From the NCBI GenBank assembly GCA_009692005.1, contig SHZZ01000001.1, positions 198,171-262,170 of the forward strand: DNA of 64,000 nucleotides. The letters run 5' to 3'. The notes under the pieces are model-generated. The model was not told the origin of the DNA. It ran no database searches and saw only the letters and a list, made by a program, of their open reading frames with translations. Positions 10,844 through 20,218 of the stretch are shown piece after piece. Both the position numbers and the translations under genes were made by a program. The first letter of the stretch is position 1. Every line of letters begins with the position of its first letter. This DNA is from Gemmataceae bacterium (lineage in GTDB: Bacteria > Planctomycetota > Planctomycetia > Gemmatales > Gemmataceae).

Positions 10844-11653
10844 CTAGGTCATTTTGCCTGCTTCATCGATTCCCACACCGGGGCAAGGCTGGTTAGCCCT
10901 AGAAAATGCCTTTTTCAAAAAGGGTTTCAACAAAGAATAAAACTCTTTTCCCGGGCTGTGGTGATGGTTGTGCCCTTCCATGGCATGGAAGAGCTTTTCC
11001 CCTGTCACAGCTTGGAAGAGTTTTTGGCCAAATTCCATGGGGACAAGGCGGTCCTCCGTGCCATGAGCGATAAATACTGGAGACTTGACGCGGGAAATAT
11101 CCGCAAGAGTATCGAAGCGGGTTTTTAACAAGCTGGTTCCTGGAAGCCAGGGGAATAAATTCCTGGCCATGTCCTTGAAGGAAGTGAAAGCGGCGACCAA
11201 GGTGAGGGCGGCGGGTGTGAATTTGGCGGCCAGGTAGGTTGCCACCGCTCCGCCAAGTGAGCCCCCGTGGAATACCAGGTCCTGGTTGGCAAAGCCCTGG
11301 CTTCGTAGCCAGTGAAAGGAAGCTTCCGCGCTTGCGTGGCAGCCGGCCTCGCTCGGTTTTCCTTGGCTTTTCCCATACCCCGGGTAATCGAAAATCAATA
11401 CACCCAGACCAAGCAAATCGCGCCAACGGCGCACGCCCTCGAAGCGGAAACTCAAATTCCCTCCGTTGCCATGGCAGTACAAAACCGCTCTGGCAGGATT
11501 TCCCTCAGGCGGAGGGACCCACCAGGCGTGAATTTTTCCCTGACCTGTTTCTAAAAAAAGATCTTGGACTGTTTCCCCGGGTGGCGCATCCTGCCATTCT
11601 TGGGGCGCTTTGGCCGGCTTGAACAAAAAGTAATTTTCAATGGCTCGGAGCAT
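10844..11653 (-). CDS. alpha/beta hydrolase
   Basis: HGNGGN oxyanion region, nucleophile elbow GGSLGG, and a late HGTEDRLVP / His region. It overlaps the lnt stop by 17 nt. Confidence 0.8.
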   Translation of the reverse strand: MLRAIENYFLFKPAKAPQEWQDAPPGETVQDLFLETGQGKIHAWWVPPPEGNPARAVLYCHGNGGNLSFRFEGVRRWRDLLGLGVLIFDYPGYGKSQGKPSEAGCHASAEASFHWLRSQGFANQDLVFHGGSLGGAVATYLAAKFTPAALTLVAAFTSFKDMARNLFPWLPGTSLLKTRFDTLADISRVKSPVFIAHGTEDRLVPMEFGQKLFQAVTGEKLFHAMEGHNHHHSPGKEFYSLLKPFLKKAFSRANQPCPGVGIDEAGKMT

Positions 11654-13340
11654 GTTGAAGCTTTCTCCGGTTGGAAAACCAAAAACAGGCCCAGGACAAC
11701 CAGCAGAGCCAGGGGAGAATATCCCCGGTTTTTGCGTAGAGGCTCATTCGCACATCCAGGGGAACCCGGGCCAGTAGGCACCCATGGCATGATTTGAACT
11801 CTGGCCATTCCCTCAGAGGCAGGGACCTGGAACTTTGCGAGGGAAATTGAATTTTCCAGATTTTGGAATTCAACTGCGCGGCCATTTCAACACTTTCGGG
11901 CGCCAGCACTTTTCCGTTGCCATCAATCAACGCCGAAATCCCCATGTTGACACTGCGCACAAGCGCCCGTCGGCATTCAATGGCGCGAAAGCGGGAAATG
12001 GCCAGGTGCTGTTCATGTTCTTCACTTCCTTTGAACCAGCCATCGTTGGAAAGATTTACCAGGAACCCAGGGGGATCCTTTTGTGAAAAATAAGGTAGAG
12101 GCACCCACGGGTCGGTGTCCTCGTAGCAAATCAGAGCCCCAAACCGATACTGCGCTCCACCTGAATTGGCTTGAGGGAATTGCAAGACCGGGTGGCCGTC
12201 CCCTTTGCTGATGCTGTACTCGAAATCGTATGGGGAGAAAACCTTCAGCCAGGGAAACCAATCTTTAAAGGGGATGTACTCGCCAAAGGGAACGCGGTGG
12301 ATTTTGTCGTAACGGCCAGAGGCTGTCCCGTCGGGATGCACCAGGAGAGCGGAATTAAATCTGCGCATGCCCTTGGGCCCCAAGCCCTGGGAATTCAATC
12401 CCAGAAGGATCGAGGTTCCCCATTTTTTTTTGGCTTCCTCTCCCAGGCCCTTTTGCAGCCGAGTGATAGTTCTCCATTCCGGGGGAATCTTGTCCGCTGG
12501 GGTGCTTTCCTCAATAAAGTGCCATTCAATTGGGTAGCTGGTTTCCGGCCAGATGATTAAATCCGGGGAGGAGGCCGCGGCGAAATCCGATAAAGCGATG
12601 TACGGGGCGCTGGCGGGGTCGCGCTGGTTCGGGTCGTTGCGGATTCCCTGCGCGACATTCCCTTGCAAGGCGGCGCAAAGCGGCCCCGCTTGGCCAATTC
12701 CCTGGCTTAACCGCCATTGACCATAAAGCAATGCCGCCACGATCAAGCCCAGGGTGATTACCGCTGCGGCTTTCCTTTGGCGGAATTTCCCGTTGAGGAT
12801 TTCTGCCGCCAAACCATTGACCATGCCCACAAGGAAAGAAACACCGTAGCTGCCTCCCAGGTCCGCAATTTGAATGATCGGCAGGCAATCGTGTTGTGTA
12901 TGGGCTAGCAGATACCAGGAAAATCCTTCCAGGAACCGGGAGCGGAGGAATTCTAAAGCGACCCAAACCATGGGGAAAGAAATAAACAAAGGGAGCTGGA
13001 TTTTGCGGAGGAGAAAAAGGGCCAGGGGAAAATACAGTGAGCAATAAAGGGCCAACCCGATCCAGGTAAAGTACATCATGGGGTCCGCGACCCGCATCCA
13101 TTGCAAGGCCGGAATAAAAAAGATCAGGCCGCAAAACCAGGAGGTCAGGTACAAAATTCCCGGGCGGATTGGCTGTTGAATCATCCAAAGCCAAGGGACC
13201 AAGGCAATCCAGCCGAGCCAGCCCAGGGATAAAGGAAAAAAAGACCAGTACAGCAACAGGCTGGAAGTCAGCCCAGGGATGGCCAGCCAATCGGTTTTTT
13301 GTTGTGGGAGTTTTCCAGGGATTTTGGCCGCGATGCTCAT
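11637..13340 (-). CDS. lnt: apolipoprotein N-acyltransferase
   Basis: A multi-TM N-terminal half plus a CN-hydrolase domain with the Glu/Lys/Cys triad contexts (IIWPETS, YDKIHRVPFGEYIP, ALICYEDT). Confidence 0.9.
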   Translation of the reverse strand: MSIAAKIPGKLPQQKTDWLAIPGLTSSLLLYWSFFPLSLGWLGWIALVPWLWMIQQPIRPGILYLTSWFCGLIFFIPALQWMRVADPMMYFTWIGLALYCSLYFPLALFLLRKIQLPLFISFPMVWVALEFLRSRFLEGFSWYLLAHTQHDCLPIIQIADLGGSYGVSFLVGMVNGLAAEILNGKFRQRKAAAVITLGLIVAALLYGQWRLSQGIGQAGPLCAALQGNVAQGIRNDPNQRDPASAPYIALSDFAAASSPDLIIWPETSYPIEWHFIEESTPADKIPPEWRTITRLQKGLGEEAKKKWGTSILLGLNSQGLGPKGMRRFNSALLVHPDGTASGRYDKIHRVPFGEYIPFKDWFPWLKVFSPYDFEYSISKGDGHPVLQFPQANSGGAQYRFGALICYEDTDPWVPLPYFSQKDPPGFLVNLSNDGWFKGSEEHEQHLAISRFRAIECRRALVRSVNMGISALIDGNGKVLAPESVEMAAQLNSKIWKIQFPSQSSRSLPLREWPEFKSCHGCLLARVPLDVRMSLYAKTGDILPWLCWLSWACFWFSNRRKLQHAPSH

Positions 13341-13380
13341 GGGTGGTTTAATATTCCCTTTTGGCCTTTATCACAATTTT

Positions 13381-14589
13381 CTAAACCAGGTGACGGATGG
13401 TTGGCAAACAGCGAACCACCTCACCTTGCGCAAACGAGGACTTTTCCGCAGGGAGGAATATTAGGGCGTTCGCCCGCGACAGAGAAAGCATATCGGCGGA
13501 ACCAAACCAGGTGGCGGGGGTCACTTGATTCACTTGTCCGAGCTTAAGGCAAGCTGGGTGAAGCGTTGGGCGGTCGGAATGATAATCCAGGCCCTGGGTA
13601 AGGGCTGCGGGAATTTCCCTCTGCTCTTTTTTTCCTCCGCGCAATGCGAGCAAGGCCGGGCGGATGAACAGGTGAAAGCAAACAAAGGCGCTGACTGGAT
13701 TTCCCGGCAGCGCGAATACTGGCGTGCCTCGGGAAGTCCTGCCAAACAACATCGGTTTTCCGGGCTTCATGTTGATTTTGTGAAAGAGGATTTCGACTCC
13801 CATTTGGGATAAGACCTTGGGGACCAGATCGAGCCTTCCCGTGGATACTCCCCCGGTGATGATCGCGACATCTAGGGTGAACGCTTCCTGAAAGATTCCT
13901 TCCAGCGATTTTTCCGTGTCTTCCGCCCTGCCGAGATACTTGGGCATCCCTTCCGACTCGCTGATGAGCGCCCCCAGCATGGTGGCGTTGGAGTTCCGTA
14001 TCTGAGCTGGCCCGGGTGTTTGATTGGGTTCCACCATTTCGTTTCCGGTGGCAACAATGGCTACTTTTGGAGCGGGATGGAAAAAAGCGGAAGTTTTTCC
14101 ACAAGCGGCCAGGATTCCAATATTCTGTGAAGTGATTTGGTCTCCGGTTTGTAAAAGCTTTTCTCCGGATTTGTATTCCGCCCCTTGGGGAAGAATATTC
14201 CAACCCGAATTTATCTCGCCAGTGATGAATTCAACTTGTGTGGAAGTGGTTTTGGCAAATTCCAGTGGAACCACGGCATTAGCCCCGAAAGGAATGGGTG
14301 CTCCTGTCATGATCGGACAAGCGCAGCCAGGCGGCAGAGCAAAATCCACAGCCATTCCCGCCGACAGCTCCATCGAATTGAGCGCCAACGCTTTGCCGGG
14401 GGCGGCCTCATTGGCCCTGACCGCGAAACCATCCATCAAGGCCTTGGGAAAAGGTGGGCTGTCCAGGTCGGCCAGAATATCTTCCCCAAGAAAATACCCC
14501 AAGATAGTTGAGGACACCGGGTGAATGACCGGATTCAGGGGCGACAATCCCGCGGTAATTATTTCCCGCGCTTGTTCGATTTCGAGCAT
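13381..14589 (-). CDS. moeA: molybdopterin molybdenumtransferase MoeA
   Basis: 402 aa. It has the GEDILADLDSPPFPKALMDGFAV motif and the MoCF-biosynthesis domain (ATGNE..., ITGGVSTG). Confidence 0.9.
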   Translation of the reverse strand: MLEIEQAREIITAGLSPLNPVIHPVSSTILGYFLGEDILADLDSPPFPKALMDGFAVRANEAAPGKALALNSMELSAGMAVDFALPPGCACPIMTGAPIPFGANAVVPLEFAKTTSTQVEFITGEINSGWNILPQGAEYKSGEKLLQTGDQITSQNIGILAACGKTSAFFHPAPKVAIVATGNEMVEPNQTPGPAQIRNSNATMLGALISESEGMPKYLGRAEDTEKSLEGIFQEAFTLDVAIITGGVSTGRLDLVPKVLSQMGVEILFHKINMKPGKPMLFGRTSRGTPVFALPGNPVSAFVCFHLFIRPALLALRGGKKEQREIPAALTQGLDYHSDRPTLHPACLKLGQVNQVTPATWFGSADMLSLSRANALIFLPAEKSSFAQGEVVRCLPTIRHLV

Positions 14590-14601
14590 TGGCTCCTCAA
14601 G

Positions 14602-17600
14602 TTACGCATTGTCATAAGCCAGATTGGGGGCCAGCCACCGTTCCATTTCACGAACGGGCATTCCTTTTCTTGCCGCGTAGGATTCCACTTGGTCTCTGGT
14701 GATCATGTCAACGGCGAAATATTTGGCCTGGGGATGGGAAAAATACAGCCCGCTTACCGATGCTCCAGGAAGCATGGCATAGCTTTCAGTGAGTTGCATA
14801 CCCGCTGATGCTTTGGCATCCAGCAGGTCCCATAATTTTGCTTTTTCAGTATGGTCCGGACAGGAAGGGTAGCCGTAGGCCGGGCGAATGCCCTGGTATT
14901 TTTCCTCGATGAGGTCCTGCTTGGAAAAGTTCTCATTAAGTCCGAAGTTCCACTCCTGCCGCGTCTTGGCGTGAAGCCACTCGGCAAAAGCTTCGGCCAG
15001 GCGGTCGGTCAGGGCTTTCACCAGGATGGAAGAATAATCATCGTGGGCTTCCACCTGGAAATTCCTGGCCACTTCATCGGCGCCGATGCCCCCGGTGACC
15101 GCGAAAGCTCCGAGGTAATCGGGCATGCCAGTTTGAACTGGCGCGACGAAATCCGCCAAACTCAGGAAATGGCTTTGCCCTTCCCTTTCCCATTGCTGCC
15201 TCAGCATGGGAAAGCGAAAGCGGACATCCTGCCTGTCCTCGCCGGTGTAGACCAGGATGTCGTCACCCTCGGAATTGGCCGGAAAAAAACCGTAAACCCC
15301 CGAGGCTTTGACTACTTTCTCGGCCACGAGCTTATCCAGCATTTGCAATGCGTTAGCGTACAATTCCCTCGCATGCGGGCCAACCGTGGCATCCTCCAGA
15401 ATAAACGGATATTTCCCTTTCAATTCCCAGGTCATGAAGAAAGGCGACCAATCGATGTAAGGAATCAAAGTGTCAAGCGGCAGATCCCGAATAACTCTGA
15501 CCCCAAGGAAGGCAGGCTTGGGCGGTTGGGAGGCAACCCAATCCAGGTTTACCCGGCGCTGAAGGGCTGTGGCGTAAGGAACCAAGTTCCTTTGCTTTCT
15601 GCGAGAGAAATTTTCCCGTTCCCGTTCCTGGTTTATCCGGTTTTCTTTGTCGAGAAGCACCCGGGTTTCTGGCTTGCACAATTTTTCCACCACGCCAACG
15701 CTTTTCGAAGCATCTTTCACATGGATGACTGTCTGCTTGTAAGCGGGGGCGATTTTCACCGCCGTGTGTTTGGCGCTTGTGGTGGCGCCGCCAATTAGCA
15801 AGGGTATGGTAAACCCCTGGCGTTCCATTTCCCTCGCTACATGCGTCATTTCCTCCAGCGAAGGAGTAATTAAGCCCGAAAGGCCAATCATGTCGGCGCG
15901 GACCTCTTTCGCTTTTTCCAGGATTTTCTCACAGGGCACCATCACGCCCAGGTCGATGGTTTCAAAGTCGTTGCAATTCAAAACCACGCCCACGATATTT
16001 TTCCCAATATCGTGAACATCCCCCTTCACCGTGGCAATGACGACCTTGCCCCGCGAGGAGTGCTCTTTTCCCGAAAGGCGTTTTTCCTCCTCCATGAAGG
16101 GTTCCAAATACGCCACTGCTTTTTTCATCACTCGCGCGCTTTTTACAACCTGGGGCAAAAACATCTTTCCCGAGCCAAACAGTTCTCCCACTTCATTCAT
16201 CCCGTCCATCAGCGGGCCTTCAATCACCTGAAGCGGCCGGGTAAACAACTGGCGACATTCTTCCACATCACCGTCGATGAAATCGACTATTCCTTGCACC
16301 AGGGCGTGACGCAGCCTTTCCTGAACCGGCGCCTCCCGCCAGGCCGATTCCTTGATCCCAGTCTTTTCCTTTTGACCCAGATTTTTCGCAAACTCCACCA
16401 GCCGTTCCGTGGCATCGGCACGGCGGTTCAGCAAGACATCTTCCACCCTTTCAAGCAAATCTTTGGGGATGTCTTGGTAAACCTGCAAGGCGCCGGCGTT
16501 AACGATTGCCATGTCCAAGCCGGCTTGAATCGCGTGGTAAAGAAAAGCCGAATTCATGGCCTCGCGAACCGACTCGTATTCCTTGCCGCGGAAAGCGAAG
16601 GAAACATTGCTGACACCGCCACTGGTTCGGGCCAGGGGCAGCAGTTTTTTCAAACGACGGACAGAGGCGAAAAATTCCACCGCGTAGTTGGCGTGCTCCT
16701 CCAAGCCTGTGCCAACCGTCAAGATGTTGGTGTCGAAAATGATGTCGCAAGGGTCGTACCCTGCCTTTTCGGTCAAGAGTTTGTAAGCCCGCTCGCTGAT
16801 CTGGACCTTCTCGTCCGCGGTGACGGCCTGGCCTTGTTCATTAAAGGCCATGACCACGGCGGCAGCGCCGTACTTCTTGATGATCCGCGCCTGCTCCAGA
16901 AATTTTTCCTCCCCTTCCTTCAAACTGATGGAATTGACAATCCCCTTCCCTTGCAGGCACTTCAATCCCGCTTCAATCACCGCGAAATTTGAACTGTCCA
17001 CCATGATGGGCAACTCGGTGATGTCCGGTTCGGTGCCTATCAGGTTGAGAAAACGCGTCATGGCTTTTTCGCCATCGATCATTCCCTCGTCCATGTTGAC
17101 ATCCAGGAGATTTGCGCCGTTTTGCACCTGATCGCGGGCGATCCTCACCGCTTCTTCGTAATTCTCCTCCTTGATCAGGCGGGCGAATTTCTTCGATCCG
17201 GTGATGTTGGCTCGTTCGCCAATATTTAAGAAACCAGTGTCTTCGCGAATTGCCAGCGGCTTGGTGCCGGAATACCACGACCATGTGGACGCGTGGTTGA
17301 GTCCGCGGGGTTTCACCCCTTCAACCGCGGCAGCGATTGCCCCAATCCATTCTGGGTTGGTGCCGCAACAACCCCCCACGAAATTGAGCCAGCCGTTCTC
17401 GGCGAAGTCCCGCAGCGTTCCGGCCATTTCATTGATCGAACCATTGAACCCGCCAAAGCCGTCAGGCATTCCGGCGTTCGGGTAACAACTGACGCGAAAC
17501 TTGCAAAGGGCCGCTAGGCTTTCGATGGGTTCCCTCATTTGTTGCACGCCTACTGCGCAATTCAAACCTACGCTGATAGGGTTTGCGTGGGCGATGGAGA

Positions 17601-18309
17601 TATAAAAAGCCTCGACTGTTTGCGCGGACAGCGTCCGGCCGTTATCAAATATGGTTCCCGAAACCATGACGGGGACCCGCCGGCCGGTTTTCTCAAAGTA
17701 GGTCTGGATGGCGAACAGGCAGGCCTTCATCACCAGGGTGTCAAAGGAAGTTTCCGGAAGCAGAATATCGACGCCGCCATCCACCAGCGCCTCGATTTGT
17801 TCATAGTAATTGGCAACCATCTGGTCGAATGTGGTATCCCTGGCGGCAGGGTTGTTGACATCCACCCCCAGGGAAAGGCATTTCTTGGTCGGCCCGATGC
17901 TCCCTGCGACAAACCGCGGTTTATTGGGGGTCATTTGGGTCATGCGGTTGGCGGCCCGACGGGCAATTTGTGCCGCCGCCAGGTTTAGTTCCCTGACATG
18001 CTCCCCCAGGTGGAATTCGTCCATGCAAATTCGGCTGGAGTTGAATGTGTTCGTTTCAATAATGTCAGCGCCCGCCTCGAGGTATTGGCTGTGAATCCCC
18101 TCAATTAAGGCAGGTTGCGTCAGGCACATGACTTCCGTGCAGTTTTTCAAAAGCATTGGATGATTTTGAAAGCGTTTTCCCCGGTAATCTTCCTCGGTGG
18201 GGTCGTGGGAATAGATCATGGAACCCATGGCGCCGTCGAGGACAAGAATTCGTTTTTCCAGACATTCTTCGAGCAGGGATCGCGAGTCGGTAGTGTTTAT
18301 TCCCGGCAT
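14602..18309 (-). CDS. metH: cobalamin-dependent methionine synthase
   Basis: 1235 aa with the Hcy-binding, pterin-binding, B12-binding ([11 protein letters not shown]) and AdoMet-activation domains in canonical order. Confidence 0.97.
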   Translation of the reverse strand: MPGINTTDSRSLLEECLEKRILVLDGAMGSMIYSHDPTEEDYRGKRFQNHPMLLKNCTEVMCLTQPALIEGIHSQYLEAGADIIETNTFNSSRICMDEFHLGEHVRELNLAAAQIARRAANRMTQMTPNKPRFVAGSIGPTKKCLSLGVDVNNPAARDTTFDQMVANYYEQIEALVDGGVDILLPETSFDTLVMKACLFAIQTYFEKTGRRVPVMVSGTIFDNGRTLSAQTVEAFYISIAHANPISVGLNCAVGVQQMREPIESLAALCKFRVSCYPNAGMPDGFGGFNGSINEMAGTLRDFAENGWLNFVGGCCGTNPEWIGAIAAAVEGVKPRGLNHASTWSWYSGTKPLAIREDTGFLNIGERANITGSKKFARLIKEENYEEAVRIARDQVQNGANLLDVNMDEGMIDGEKAMTRFLNLIGTEPDITELPIMVDSSNFAVIEAGLKCLQGKGIVNSISLKEGEEKFLEQARIIKKYGAAAVVMAFNEQGQAVTADEKVQISERAYKLLTEKAGYDPCDIIFDTNILTVGTGLEEHANYAVEFFASVRRLKKLLPLARTSGGVSNVSFAFRGKEYESVREAMNSAFLYHAIQAGLDMAIVNAGALQVYQDIPKDLLERVEDVLLNRRADATERLVEFAKNLGQKEKTGIKESAWREAPVQERLRHALVQGIVDFIDGDVEECRQLFTRPLQVIEGPLMDGMNEVGELFGSGKMFLPQVVKSARVMKKAVAYLEPFMEEEKRLSGKEHSSRGKVVIATVKGDVHDIGKNIVGVVLNCNDFETIDLGVMVPCEKILEKAKEVRADMIGLSGLITPSLEEMTHVAREMERQGFTIPLLIGGATTSAKHTAVKIAPAYKQTVIHVKDASKSVGVVEKLCKPETRVLLDKENRINQERERENFSRRKQRNLVPYATALQRRVNLDWVASQPPKPAFLGVRVIRDLPLDTLIPYIDWSPFFMTWELKGKYPFILEDATVGPHARELYANALQMLDKLVAEKVVKASGVYGFFPANSEGDDILVYTGEDRQDVRFRFPMLRQQWEREGQSHFLSLADFVAPVQTGMPDYLGAFAVTGGIGADEVARNFQVEAHDDYSSILVKALTDRLAEAFAEWLHAKTRQEWNFGLNENFSKQDLIEEKYQGIRPAYGYPSCPDHTEKAKLWDLLDAKASAGMQLTESYAMLPGASVSGLYFSHPQAKYFAVDMITRDQVESYAARKGMPVREMERWLAPNLAYDNA

Positions 18310-18475
18310 GGTTTCCTAACATCCAAGAGAAAAAATCCAATTTGGGGCAGCCGAGCCTTAGAGTAAGCGCCTGGCTGCGGTCTTGCAGGTGAAGTATAGC
18401 GAAGAGCGGCGGGAAAACGCATCCCGGAAAAATCGGCGGGCAGGGTGTTTAAGGGGAAATTAAGTTGTACCGAAT

Positions 18476-18606
18476 GGGGAAAAAGAAAAAGGCTTCAGCA
18501 TTTGGCAAATCCCTTGCGAGGCAAAAACCTCTCGACCTCCACCTTCCCTGGCGGCTTATCGCGGACCAATCCCTGGCCCAGGTGAGAATTGCCAAAATGC
18601 TGAAGC
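18476..18606 (-). promoter_or_regulatory. long hairpin (17/18-nt closing stem, ~80-nt interior) plus U-tract in the metH leader. It is a candidate attenuator, riboswitch-like element or small-RNA terminator.
   Basis: The minus strand reads GCTTCAGCATTTTGGCAA...TTGCCAAATGCTGAAGC, followed directly by CTTTTTCTTTTTCCCC. The element ends about 170 nt upstream of the metH ATG. Confidence 0.4.
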
Positions 18607-19283
18607 GTGTTAATAAGGGCTGACCCGAGCCGCTTGCAAATCATTCGAAAGAGGCGCGGACAACCGTCATGGAGGGAAAGGATAACGAATCACCTGAACC
18701 TGTCAATGCGGATTCCAGCTGGAGCTGGCCTCCCGGCAATAAAATCCTTACAGCTTCGCACGCCTTTCTCTGGCGCAAATAGATGAAATTGCAGGCTTCA
18801 GAATTATTTTTGAATAAACAATAAACCTGAATTGAGCCCGGTCCTAGCAATTATTAATTGGGCTTACCTTTTGGAAAGCTCAGGCTTAGCGCTTTGGAAA
18901 AACTCTTTTTTATTCCTTACACATTCCGTTCCAAGTCGCTTCACCCTGGGGCTTTTGTAGGCGAACGGGGGCCCCATTTTACCATTTCCCTGCAACAAAA
19001 TCTTGCAGCCATAGAAAGGTTAAAGAAAAAAATTGCCTCCACCTGTGCCGTTTCAGCTCTTTTGAGAACCCGCATCTTAACCTCGGGAACCTCAGCTCTG
19101 GTTTACGGATCCCGCTGCGTGGCGGGCTTGCGCGCCCCAAATACTATTTTGGTCCCCCACGGGTACTCTATAGGTTCGCCAAAAGTTATAGCTTGGTGAC
19201 GAACACCGCAGAGGCTCTATCATTATACCATTGCCCTTTAAAGGGAAAAATCTCTCTTTCCCCAATTGACCAAAGGATTCCAC

Positions 19284-19685
19284 ATGCCTTTCATCACGAT
19301 TCTAATTGCCCTGGATTTGCTCATCCTTGGAATTGTTGGCTACCAGGTGACTGGGCGTGAATCGCCAACGGCCCTGATTCCCTGCGGGATTGGCCTGTTG
19401 TTTTTGGCCCTGGGATTTCTGGCTTTGAAAAATGGGTGCCGCAAGCATGCCATGCATGGCGTAGCGGGGTTGGCCCTGCTGGCCATGGCAGCCACTTTCA
19501 GCGGGTTGTTGGAATTACCCAAATTAATCGAGGGTATGAATCAGGTGGCCAGGCCTGCCGCCGTGATTAGCAAAAGCATTACCAGCTTGCTTTCTCTCCA
19601 CCTGTTCCTGTTCTGCCTGATTTCCTTTGTGGAAGCGAGGCTGGCTCGATTTGGAAATCCCCCAGGGACTGGAACTCAAACATAA
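19284..19685 (+). CDS. hypothetical membrane protein (about 4 TM)
   Basis: MPFITILIALDLLILGIVGY... after AAGGA. It is hydrophobic throughout. The ORF is open from TTG 19266. Confidence 0.6.
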   Translation: MPFITILIALDLLILGIVGYQVTGRESPTALIPCGIGLLFLALGFLALKNGCRKHAMHGVAGLALLAMAATFSGLLELPKLIEGMNQVARPAAVISKSITSLLSLHLFLFCLISFVEARLARFGNPPGTGTQT

Positions 19686-19987
19686 GAATCAAAAACCCGA
19701 ACCTTTTGCCAGTTCTCCTTGTTGCGGGAAATGAATTCATTGTGTTGGGCGCTGACCTGGTAATCATCATGATGCTGTTTGTTGGCAAAGACCACATGCA
19801 AGGCGACATCGAAATCTTTATCATTCACATCCCGGGTCAATTCCTGGCAATGAATTCCCGCCGAATAATAATCCACGCCAGCGTGGGCTTTTAGAAATCG
19901 GTTGCATTCTTCAACCAGGGTTTTGGCCCCGCTGTCGGTGGAATTTTTTAACTTGAAAAAAACCATGTGCGCGAGTTGCTTGGTCAT
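19676..19987 (-). CDS. Dabb (stress-responsive alpha/beta-barrel) family protein
   Basis: MTKQLAHMVFFKLKNSTDS...AGVDYYSAGIH...FDVALHVVF pattern typical of Dabb domains. The ORF is open to 20074. Confidence 0.7.
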   Translation of the reverse strand: MTKQLAHMVFFKLKNSTDSGAKTLVEECNRFLKAHAGVDYYSAGIHCQELTRDVNDKDFDVALHVVFANKQHHDDYQVSAQHNEFISRNKENWQKVRVFDSYV

Positions 19988-20218
19988 AGGGCCTCCCAGG
20001 GTTAGAAAATAACAGGAGTGATCAAACTGACTCGGCGGTTTTGAGAAATCCTTTTTAACTCCGGCCTTTTCCAAATTCGCCTTGCCCTCATGCTAGTGGC
20101 CAGGAAATGAAGCGGCTACCGAGGGATGTTAATTCGGGGAATGGTAAAGTGACATAATAGCCATAAAATCTTAAGACGCTTGTTTTTTCGGCAATTTGAA
20201 ATCCAGTGATTTGAGGTC

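Noticed and set aside
10899-14203. Same-strand alternative-frame ORFs inside the hydrolase, lnt and moeA genes (10899-11426, 12526-13290 and 13544-14203).
   Set aside because: Their Pro/Arg/Gly-rich composition is typical of out-of-frame translation. The primary frames carry complete, motif-bearing proteins, and nothing suggests programmed frameshifting.
14851-16992. Two very long antisense ORFs inside metH (14851-15798, 315 aa, and 16012-16992, 326 aa), which could suggest overlapping genes.
   Set aside because: Both are in the codon-aligned antisense frame of metH (start coordinates are 1 mod 3, matching metH codon boundaries). In that frame, stops arise only from the sense codons TTA, CTA and TCA, which this genome uses rarely. 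The translations are low-complexity (R/G/P/F-rich) with no motifs. These are shadow ORFs.
18310-19265. I checked the long metH-upstream spacer for housekeeping RNAs and known riboswitches. These included RNase P (GGAAAGTCCGGGC / ACAGAACCCGGCTTA), tmRNA (GGGGCTGATTCTGGATTCGAC...TCCACCA), SRP RNA (GGTCCGGAAGGAAGCAGCC), SAM-I and the cobalamin B12 box.
   Set aside because: Only short partial resemblances appeared (for example CGGCTTATCG at about 18562, and GGGGCTTTTGTAGGCGAACGGGG at about 18948). The partner motifs were absent at the required spacing, so none of these families is supported by eye.
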